Below, piece after piece: positions 51,690-61,697 of a stretch of 64,000 bases of DNA. The stretch is from contig NC_043007.1 in the NCBI RefSeq assembly GCF_006345805.1, positions 76,632,001-76,696,000 of the forward strand. Direction: 5' to 3'. The position numbers were made by a program, and so were the translations under genes. Source of the DNA: Octopus sinensis (Eukaryota). The notes under the pieces are model-generated. The model worked only from the letters and a program-made list of their open reading frames with translations. It had not been told where the DNA came from and did no database searches. How positions within the stretch are numbered: position 1 is the first letter of the stretch; every line of letters starts with the position of its first letter.

Positions 51690-52040
51690 TGTCGTTTGTG
51701 CACATTAACATTACATATCTAGCAGAGCATGCTTATTTCATTTCTTCTAACCTTTGCAAATTCCTCTACATTCATATCTTGCTATGATGCAGCATCGCAC
51801 TTCATACATGTGTACCATACAATCTCTTATCCTCTCAGAAATAGAAATTCTATTATAGCAAAAGTAACAAGTTCCCTGAACTTTTTCCATCCTGTTCTAA
51901 CTTTGGTAGTTATGCTTTTGGAACACCCATCTCCACTGCTAATTAGGTCACTTAGGTGATAATACCATTCAACTGCTTCTGTGGAGTCTTTCAAGCATTT
52001 GATGCCTTCTAAGCATTTGACATAATTTATCACTCATGTA
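51690..52040 (-). mobile_element. RTE ORF2 remnant
   Basis: YHLSDLISSGDGCSKSITTKVRTGWKKFREL parallels the YLGD.ISS.GGC...AR.R.GW.KFREL RTE motif. Confidence 0.7.
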
Positions 52041-52275
52041 TTCTTACTGTTAACTACTGTACATTCATAGTTTATAAAGAATACACATTATAGAATTTCT
52101 CCCTACTCCTTTTCTGAATATTAAGCACTTTTATTGTTAACTAAAATTTAGTAAACTTTAGTTGATGCTAAGTTCCTTTGAAGTTTCTAGATTCTACTTT
52201 AGGTTTTGCTTCTAAGGTTGAAATATCCTTAGTCTTTGACCAATTCAGCTGAAAACTAGGCCATTGGCTTATGTA

Positions 52276-52813
52276 GGGTGGGGTAGAGAGTATGGAGGTT
52301 TTTGAAAAATTTTTTTTAAATCATTAATTTTAGCTGCAAACAAATTTTATTGACATCAATGTGTTCGTATTGAATTAGCATTTGTCAAAATCAAGTGTTG
52401 AAAACAACATCCATTATGTGGTGTCCATTTTCATTGATGCATTTCTGAAGGCGTTCCGGAGTCTGTACCATTCATGGTGTTCCCACCGGTCTGCAGATCA
52501 TTAGTCTACCTCATGTATGAAGTGCCATTCACCCAACATAAGATTGTGTTATGGGTGGGAATAGCCTGATTTCGATGAATGTTGAAATGGCACTGAAACT
52601 CACGCTGAACTGCTGTGACAGACTCATTATTCTTCACGTAACTGTCATAGGCAAACATGCGATGCTCTATTGTCCACAGTTCTATGGCTTCACCTGAAAA
52701 GAAAAACAAATGCTAAGACACCATGGACCGAATGGTACCTGTCGGACATATGTCCCTCTCCCTGGGGCTGAGTAATAGCTATTTCAAAAACGTTTGTCCT
52801 CTCTGCCTCACCC
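52276..52813 (-). mobile_element. Internally deleted Tc1/mariner element (DUF4817-type HTH N-terminus, rosa/DD41D-like)
   Basis: WTIEHRMFAYDSYVKNNESVTAVQREF..HFNIHRNQAIP..NTIL.WV joined to C-terminal RLQKCINENGHHIMDVVF; degenerate TIRs gggtggggtagagag-N7-gtttttgaaa / gggtgaggcagagag-N7-gtttttgaaa. Confidence 0.7.
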
Positions 52814-54644
52814 CATAGGAGCTCTCAGAACCCTACTAAAATACGGTTTCAATATGTTTAGGCTTGTGAGATGCTATTTGGATAATTTTGCTTAGATTTT
52901 GAATCCTGGATAAACTGCATGTTCTTGGCCTTTTGTCCAAACAACATGCAAATTTTGTCCAATTTACTGGTCAAATTGGTGAAATTATTAAACTTCAGAT
53001 ATAACCTAACACTGACTGTTGGGTGCTATTTTCAGATGCATATTAATTTTGTGAGTTGTTGTCATTGTCAATGTTTTAATGTCTGTTTTTCCATGCTTGC
53101 ACAGACAACATGGAATTTGTTGAGGCAAATTTTCTATGGGTGGATGCCCTTATTTTTGCCAACCTTCACCTGTTTCCAAACGAGGTAATTTTCCTTACTT
53201 GGAAACAGGTGAAAATTTTTGCTTGGTCAGGCATGTTTTCCAAAGAAGACTTGAAACATAATCACTTGCACAAGAGTGATGCTTGTTTACAGCCACCAAA
53301 CACATACATACATATGTACATGTATACAGGAAGCTTCTTTCAGTTTCTGCTAACCAAATCTACTCAATGCTTTTGCTGACCCAATTCTATAGTACTGCAT
53401 AATATAACTGAACCTACCACATGGTTGGGAAACAAGTTTTTGATTCACACATCCACACTGATGCTTTAACACAATCATACCTGTGCCTACACTGTTACAC
53501 CTGCACCTAAACAGCTACACATGTCTTATCTGTTTATAAACTAATGCATACTTTCATACACACTCAATATCAGTGGAAGCATGTGACAAAAGTCCAGTGT
53601 GTAGATTTTAAAAAAAATCAGTATTATGTAACCCTTTGTTACATGGCAGTTCATTATGTATTATTTTTAAAGCATATCACCATGGTTCACTCTATATTTC
53701 AAAGTCTAGTCTTGTCTAATTCTGGCTTTTTTTTTTTTCTTTGTTCACTTCTTACTGTTCTGTACTGTGCTTCAGATTGGTCTGTCTGTCCACATCTGCA
53801 ATCTTTGATTTTGTTGGATAGTGTTTTTTGTTACCTACCGTTTAGTTGAGGCATTATATGAGAGGTCTTCCATGACCTTCTATCAACCATTCAGAGAGAG
53901 AGAGAGAGAAGAAGAAGAATCACCCCCAATATTTGTACTTTATTTAGCTTTGACTCCCTTGTGATCTAAGGTAGCTAACATTTCTTCGACAGTTTGATCT
54001 TTTACATCTAAATTTTCACCTTGGCTCAAATTTCATATTTTTGTCAACTTTTTCTCTCATATATTTGTGTGCAATAATCTATAAACTTTGATATTTTCTT
54101 CTTATTTATTGGAAACATTGTAAAAATATCAAATAATTATATTATTGCTGTATTAAATTTCATATTACTAATTATATTGGTGAATTTCAGATAATAATAG
54201 TAATATTCCACATCTATTCATATTTATATTTTGATAATGGTCCCTTAATTTTGTTATTTAACACTTCGTGGATAATTTCTTTCGTAATAATGTATTTTGT
54301 TACACCTCACAGTGTCACAATTGAAAAATTGGCAGATTTAAAGAAAGTCCTGAATTGATTGACACAGATCTTCTTCATGATGATGCAACAGCTTTTGTAA
54401 AATTGCTCTTGATATTTGTTTACAGTTTCTAAAGATTTGTTTACTAGTAAATGAGAAAGTGAATTGAACATGCATGTGAGGTCTTTTTATTTGTTTTTGT
54501 ATATCTGTTTTATGCACATTCTCAATTCTGTTTAAGAAAATTCATGCCCACCCTAATGCTGGATGCTACTTCATCTACTCTTCTGGAAAAAAAAATGCAA
54601 TCTAAAATTCAGTTGTATTTTGATATTTATATTCATATGAGTCC

Positions 54645-54682
<38 letters not shown>

Positions 54683-54750
54683 ACTATTAGCATTTTGTTT
54701 TTTCTGTTTATATAATCTAGTTAGATTTTAATATTAAAAGCAAAGGTTAC

Positions 54751-55270
54751 GGTGGTGAGCTGGCGGAATCATTAGCACACCGGCAAAATGCTTAGCATAA
54801 TTTTGTTTGTCCTTATGCCGAGGTCAACTTTGTCTTTCATCCTTTTGGGGTTTGATAAAATAAGTACCAGTTGTGCACTGGAGTCAATGTAATCAACTTT
54901 CCCCCTTCCCTCAAAATTGCTGACCTTGTACCAAAATCTGAAACCAATATCAAAAGCATGGGTGGCAGAATGGCAGTGTTATTTAGTCTTGGCAAGCTGG
55001 CAAGTTTGGAAGCATGTTAGACAAAATGCTTATTGGCATTTCTTTCAGAAACATTTTGAGTTCAAATTCCACTGAGGTTGACTTTGCCTTTCACCCTTTC
55101 AGGGTTTAAGGGTCATTGTAATCAAGTATTCCCTTACCCCAAGAACTTGCTGGCCATGTACCAAAATTTGAAGCCATTATTTAATTTCACCTCTTTATTG
55201 TTTTGGGTTCAAGTCTCCAAGATATTAACTTTGCCTTTCATCTTTCCAGGATCAATAAAATAAGTCCTAG
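54751..55270 (+). mobile_element. Stack of 3-4 SINE family A copies
   Basis: ggtggtgagctggcggaatcattagcac..ctttcatccttttggggtttgataaaataagtaccag, followed by partial copies. Confidence 0.7.
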
Positions 55271-55520
55271 TCTAACACTGGGCTTTGATATAATGTACTT
55301 ACGTTAGAAATAATTACTAGCACATAGCAGCTCAGTTACTTGTATTTTTATCATCTAAAACCTGGTGTATTAGTCAGTTAACGTTTCTTTTATCTGTCAG
55401 TCATTTAACTGTGGCCATGCTGGGACGCTGCCTTGAAGAATTTTAGTCATATGACTCAACCCCAGTACTTAATTTTAAAGTACTGGTACATATAAGTGTA
55501 TACATGCAGACATCCATACA

Positions 55521-55559
<39 letters not shown>

Positions 55560-55596
55560 TTTTATACACACACACATGCATCAATACAAACATACA

Positions 55597-55800
55597 TCAT
55601 CATTTAATGTCTGCTTTCCATGCTGGCATGGGTGGGATGGTTTGGCTGAAACTGGTAAGCAGAGAGCTGCACTGGGTTGCAGCGTGATTTCTGCAGCTGG
55701 ATGCCTTTCTAATACCAACCACTCCAAGAGTGTGGTGGATGCTTTTTACATGTTATTGGCACAGGTGCCAGTTACTTGACACCAACATCAGCCACAACTA
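55597..55800 (-). mobile_element. RTE 3'-region copy, decayed
   Basis: catcatcatttaatgtctgctttccatgctggcatggg..gctggatgcctttctaataccaaccactcc. Confidence 0.7.
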
Positions 55801-55927
55801 TGATTACACTTGGTTTGGTACATATACTATTAGTCTCTTTTGTCTAACTGCTAAGTTATAGGAACATAAAACCCACCAACATTTGTTGCCAAGCAGTGGG
55901 TGAGGGAAAATGCACATACACACACAC

Positions 55928-55981
<54 letters not shown>

Positions 55982-56080
55982 ACACAACGGGCTACTTTCA
56001 GTTTCCATCTACCAAATCTACTCACAGGACTTTGTTCAGCCCATATGGTAAGGAAGCAAACTTCTTATCACACAGCCATG
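55800..56080 (-). mobile_element. SINE family C copy with internal (CA)n
   Basis: actgctaagttata..(CA)n 55915-55985..ctactttcagtttccatctaccaaatctactcacagg. Confidence 0.7.
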
Positions 56081-56424
56081 CCTGTGCCATGAAGTTTACA
56101 TAAAATTTTCATGTCAACAAATATAGCTTAATATTTTGTGTTGATTCGTTTTTTTCTTCATGATGAAAAGAATAAGAAAATATTAGCACAAGTTATAAAC
56201 AATTCCAAATAGGCTAATGTTGAAGATTTTGAATGCAATTAATTCTTTCAGAATTTCTCATAAGTTAGATCTGACAGACTACTTCAACTGGTGCTGCTGT
56301 TATCTAGTACTACTATTACACCTGTTGTATACAGAGTATGGTATTCTTGACTTGAAAGTATAAACTACTACTTTTGTTCATTATTTACATTTGACGGATA
56401 TTTGTCCTCATCTTGTTTGTTGTT

Positions 56425-56470
56425 AACACAATGTTTCGGCTGATATACCCTCCAGCCTTCATCAGGTGTC
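56425..56470 (-). ncRNA. Minimal type I hammerhead ribozyme motif
   Basis: GACAC CTGATGA A GGCTG-GAGGGTATAT-CAGCC GAAAC ATT GTGTT: stem I GACAC/GTGTT, stem II 5 bp, intact CUGAUGA and GAAA boxes. Confidence 0.7.
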
Positions 56471-56664
56471 TTGGGGAAATTTCGAACCTGGGTTTTCATT
56501 CCTAAAGTATTTTTTGATATTATTATTATTATTATTAATATTATTATTATTATTATTCAGGCAGTGACCTAAATAATAATAATGATAATAATATTAATAA
56601 TGATAATAATAATAATATCGAAAAATACCTTAGGAATGAGAACACAGGTTCAAAATTTCCCCAA

Positions 56665-56707
56665 GACACCTGATGAAGGCTGGAGGGTATATCAGCCAAA
56701 ACGTGTT
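56665..56707 (+). ncRNA. Hammerhead motif, mutated copy
   Basis: GACAC CTGATGA AGGCTG..CAGCC AAAAC GTGTT: G12>A and a 3-nt loss at the cleavage site. Confidence 0.55.
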
Positions 56708-57571
56708 AACAACAAACAAGATGAGGACAAATATTCGTCAAATGTAAATAATGTACATAATTCTTCATCTCTTAAATATAGAACTGTACTGCTTCTGTTG
56801 TTGGAACATGAGTATATTGGAATCTGTTTTAACTAAGTTACTCACTATAAATTCATTTCATTATAATAGCAAGCAATGTCAAATGTTTGCTTCCAACATC
56901 TAATCAAACAAATATTGATATAGCATTCTGATAACTACACAATAAACCTAACTGGTTATGTTCTACTATGATCATTGTGGATTGGTTTCATGTTCAATTT
57001 CTGTATCATGAGAGGGGCTGAAACCAGTATTAAACTGTTACACAAAAGACTTCCCTCTTCAAAATTGATCAGTGTCAACCCATTTCAATTTGATGCAATC
57101 TAATGTAGCTCATCTTTCTGCCTTTTAACCACACTGTAGTTCCCTTATTCAATGTGTCATTAAACATTATGAACATTACATTATTCCATTAATCATCATC
57201 ACAAGGAAATCCTTTCCTTTTTATGTGTTTATACATTAAACTTAATCCTTCAGTTTCCAAGCTTCTTATTTTCTTTATCAGCCTTCTACACCCTCTCTGT
57301 CTTTATAGTATGATTTCCTTTGTAGCATGTGTAAACTCATGTTGATTTTTAAGAAAAGGAAAGTGGAATGTTGTGATGTTCATTCCTTACTGTTGCTGTT
57401 ATCTCCTTAGTGGATTTTACTGTGGCTGCTGTTGTGTTTGTGGGTTTTAATTCGTTTTTATTATTGATGTTATTGTTTTGGTGGTGGTGGTAAGTGGGAT
57501 GGCTTGTGGGTTCATGTTTTTGTGAAAGCTGCTGGCCTTCAACTTGCATGATAGTTTTTTGTCATCAAGGT

Positions 57572-57723
57572 GCAGGCGTGGATTTGTGGTAAGAAGCTTG
57601 TTTCCAAACTACATGGTTCTGTGTTCAGTCCCACTGTGTGTCATCTTGGGCTTGTCTTTTATAAGCTTTGCACCAACCAAAACCCTGTGAGTGGATTTGG
57701 TAGACAGAAACTGAAAGATGCCT

Positions 57724-57774
<51 letters not shown>

Positions 57775-57965
57775 ATATATACCTGTGTGTGTTTGTCTCC
57801 CCACCACTGCTTAACAACCAGTGTTGGTGTGTTTATGTCCCTGTAACTTAGTAGTTTAGCAAAAGTGATTGATAAGGCAAGTACTTAAAAAGAAAAGTAC
57901 TGGGGCCAATTCATTTTTCAAGGTGATGTCCCAGCATAGTTACAGTCCAATGGCTGAAACAAGGA
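57572..57965 (+). mobile_element. SINE family C copy with internal (GT)n
   Basis: gtggtaagaagcttg..gttcagtccc..gtgagtggatttggtagacagaaactgaaag..(GT)n 57726-57768..cagcatagttacagtccaatggctgaaac. Confidence 0.75.
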
Positions 57966-57984
57966 CAGCTGTGTAAAGAAATGC

Positions 57985-58512
57985 TTATCTCTAACTGTGG
58001 AGGGAAACTGTGGTAGACATGGGTTAAGGAGGTGAGGCATGATCTTTGAATGTTGGGCCATACAAAGCCAATACTAGTGACCAAGACCTTTGGTGATATG
58101 CCTTGCTTGAGAAAATCTGTCAAATCAAATGAAATTGTAGTCATGACAATTCTGGTGTTGCATCACTAGCACCTGTGCTGGTGACACATAAAAAGCACCT
58201 TTTGAGTGTTGGGCCTCACAGAGGCGGTGACAAATGACTGAGACCTTTGGCAATATGCTGTGCTTGAGAAGACCCATCAAGCCAAGTGAAATTGCAGCTG
58301 TGGCAGATACTGCTGTCATGCAACTGGTACCTGTGCCAGTGGCACATAAATGCACCCGTTACACTCTGAGTGTTTGGTGTTAGGAAGGGCATCCAACTGT
58401 AGAAACCATGCTAAATCAGATTAGAGTCTGGAGCAGCCCCTCAGCTTACCAACCCTGGCCAAACTGTCAAACCCGTGCCAGCATGGACAACGGATGTTAA
58501 ATGATGATGATG
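57985..58512 (+). mobile_element. RTE 3' end copy
   Basis: ggaaactgtggtagacatgg..ccaagacctttgg..ttaggaagggcatccaactgtagaaacc..ggatgttaaatgatgatgat. Confidence 0.75.
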
Positions 58513-58559
58513 TCTCCTCTTCTGTTCATTATTTGACAGAGAGCTGTAGGGGAAAAAAT

Positions 58560-59160
58560 AGGGGACTGAGAAGGGCACTAGCATGTCTGTGCAAGTCCTT
58601 ATATTTCATACATTTGTGTCTGTATTTGTGTTGTTTGCATTTTTTGTTGGAATGGTCCTAGTTTGATGTAACATCCTTTTAGTTATTAGTGGTGCTTTAT
58701 GGTTAGTCCTTCACAATGTTGCTGCTGTGCTTGGTGTCACAATTGCAGCTGGTGTTTTTACCATTACTGATTGCAGTATATTGCTGCTTTTGTTATTTTG
58801 GCTACCGTTTTTGTCTTATGAATGCTGACAGCTGGGGAAAAGGCAATTTTTTTTCTTCACAACTGGGTTAAAAGCATTCAGGTGGTTCATGCTCCTACAC
58901 TTGTAGCATTTGAGCTTCATTTTCTCCACCATAATGCAAACCAAATTCCCAGTTTTAAAGCAAATGGGTCAGATCCATGCCTGTTGTTGTTGTTAATATC
59001 AGTGCTTGCAGGATTATCCTTGACCAGTTTGCTTTGTAGGTGTATGAGGTGTAGATCATGTCATACTCTTCTACAATTACTAGCTGCTCCAGGTTCAACT
59101 CTGATCATTGATAGTATGACCTTTGGCATTCACCTATCCCATGAATGGCAGAAAAAAAGG
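58560..59160 (-). mobile_element. Possible LINE ORF1 remnant with partial zinc knuckle
   Basis: VEKMKLKCYKCRSMNHL (CX2CX4H) at ~58865-58925, followed by T/A-rich low-complexity coding-like sequence. Confidence 0.3.
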
Positions 59161-60039
59161 TGAATTCATCTAACATATGCATTGTGCTAGAAGAATTTAA
59201 GATGATGGATGAGCCACACAATATTTTAATATCTTCCTTTTTTTTTGTGTCATACAGTGCCCCGTACCAACTGAGGTGCCATGAATACTGCATTATTTGG
59301 AGCTTCTTAACAAAACACTTGTCTCCTCTTTAAATAGCTCCACTTCTTTCCCCCTGATATTCCTCCCATACTTCTGACATTTAGTCCTTTGCTTACCTGA
59401 GTAAGGACTCTGTTATATTCATAAATGAACTTCTTTTAAGGATTCTGTTGCTATTGCTATTGACATTCATGTTGTCAACACTGGCATTATTATTGCTGCT
59501 ATTGATATTCGCTGTTGCTATTGCTGGTCACTACAATAGTTATGGTACTGTGTTGTACTTGGTGGTAGTGGAGGTGTTGAAGATGTCAAAGTTCTTTTTT
59601 TTTTTTTTTTAGCTGTCATCATTCTCACTATCTTCTGCATCTTTGACACAATTGATGTTGATGGCAGTTATCTTGCAGTCATTATACCAGACTGTTGCTG
59701 TGAAACAGAAGCTGCATGCTTCGCCATCTCCATTATTGAAATGGAGGTGCTCTAATGCTTTCCTGTTCTGAATTTTTTTCTTGCCTTTCCCACGCTTTCT
59801 TGTTAGTAAAAGTAAATGATGCTATATTAAAATATTTTTTGCATGAGTAGTTTTTACATTGTAAAAAAAGTGTGCCGAAAGAATTAGATAAACAAAGTGC
59901 CACACCACTGTTAGATCTTTATCAAGATCGAGCACATTAACGGAAAAATAAATTGTTTAAATGAGTGAAGTTGACATGAAATATAACAAGCCTACAGAGT
60001 AATTACAGTGATCATGATTCAGGCTTTAGCAATGATAAT

Positions 60040-60240
60040 AATTATTATTAAAAGAGGCCAGGAATTTGGAAGGAGGTAACAGTTGATAATTATGTTAACC
60101 CCAGTACTTGTGTGGTACTTAATTTTATTGACCTTGAAAGGATAAAAATCAAAGTTGACCTGAGTGGGATTTGAACTCAGAATGTAAAGGACTGTAACTA
60201 AATACTGCGATACTCTAATGATTCTGCCAGTCCACCGTAA
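60040..60240 (-). mobile_element. SINE family A copy
   Basis: ggtacttaattttattgaccttgaaaggataaaaatcaaagttgacc..atttgaactcagaa..gattctgccagtccaccg. Confidence 0.7.
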
Positions 60241-60592
60241 TGATAATTTGTAACCCAGAACAAACTACAAATTATAAAGGATGTTACATTCAATTAATAT
60301 CAACCTAAATAGCTATCATGCTAAATAACATACTAAATAGCCCTCATACTTAATGCATATCATACTTAATATATATGTTGAGTTCTTAGGATCTCAGGAT
60401 GTTGGGCCTTACAGAGGAAATGACAATGGATCAAGATGTCTGGCAATATGGACAATGGATCAATATATCTGGTTCATGAAAAGATCTGCCTATGTCAGCG
60501 AAACTGAGTTCTAGAAGCACTATGTGTTCCACCCACATGCAACAATAAAACTTTTCATACACCCTACTTCAACAAACCAAACTACATCTCTT

Positions 60593-61483
60593 CCAAAACT
60601 TTCAGATAGGGACTGTTGGACTCTTATGCAAATTGTTAGAAAGGATCACAAAAGTACAGCTCCCAAAATTACTTCAGAGCTTAATGACCACGTCAAGAAC
60701 CCAGTTTCCACAAAACTGTTTGCCGGGAGCTGCACAAAGCCGGATTTCATGGGAGGGTTGCAGTCAGAAAACCACTACTTTCAAAAACAAACGTTGTGAA
60801 GTATTTAGAGTGGAGTAAAAACCTACAGAATTGGTCCCTAGAGTAGTGGAAGTATATTATTTTCTTGGATGAGTCATCCGTTATCTTATTTCTAACCACC
60901 AGCCGAGTATAAGTGTGGAGACAGCCAAAAGAAGCATTTGACCCAGACTGCTTTCTTCCAACTGTTAAACATGGTGGAGGATCTGTGATGATCTGGAGTG
61001 GGGGGACTATATCTTCGAAATCCGCCAGCCCAATGGTTTCTCTTCATGGCAGAATTAATAGTCAAGACTATTTAAGCATTTTATCTGATCAAATTCATAC
61101 TGTATTTGCAGAATTGTTTCCAGAGCGAAACACAATCTTTCAGGATGATGATGAACCAATTCACACAGCTAAAGTTGTTATTGAATGGCACAAGGAAGAT
61201 TCTAGTGAAGTTGAACATCTTACCTGGCCACCACAGTTCCCAGATCTGAACATTATTGAACATTTACGGTGCATTTTGGAAAAACAAGTAAGGAATCGAT
61301 ATCCTCCACCATCATCACTACCAGAACCGGAGACTGTTTTAGCTGAAGAATGGACAAAAATTCCTTTGGAAACAATTGAAACTTTGTATGAGTCCATACT
61401 TTGTAGAATTCAAGCTGTAATTACTGCCAAAGGCAGTCCTACCCCATATTAAAATAAATTTGTTTAGAGGTTCAACCCCTGTA
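60593..61483 (+). mobile_element. Tc1-family transposase pseudogene with 3' end (DD36E spacing)
   Basis: KLSDRD..LMQIVRKDHKSTAPKIT.EL; IFLDES; PTVKHGGGSVMIW; FQDDDEPIH; WPPQFPDLNIIEHL; ends ttcaacccctg|TA; a frameshift and stops upstream of the 179-aa ORF. Confidence 0.9.
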
Positions 61484-61589
61484 TCTTTCTCTTCCTTTGC
61501 TATCTCATTTATATTCTGATCCCTGTCCCTTGGAAGTACACCCAGCACTTTACCACCACCTCTCTCCTGCTCTCCTGCAGTCTCCCACT

Positions 61590-61697
61590 CTCTCTCTCTC
61601 TCTCTCCTGATCCCTCCCTCTCTCCCTCTCCCGATCCCTCCCTCTCTCCCTCTCCTGATCCCTCCCTCCCATCCCTCCTCTCCCTCTCTCCCCCCTT
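61590..61697. repeat. Polypyrimidine tract with a ~22-nt repeat (ctctccctctcc(t/c)gatccctcc)
   Basis: Seen directly; about three units plus (CT)n. Confidence 0.85.

Larger units (their letters stand above)
56379..56753. mobile_element. Fold-back (tail-out inverted) copy pair of the hammerhead-tail element
   Basis: Arms 56379-56561 and 56568-56753; ~140-nt unique parts differ by 7 substitutions and one 3-nt indel on manual alignment; (TTA)n/(TAA)n inner arms. Confidence 0.9.

Noticed and set aside
54323-54470. Possible exon FKESPELIDTDLLHDDATAF
   Set aside because: Acceptor and donor choices are weak and mutually inconsistent.
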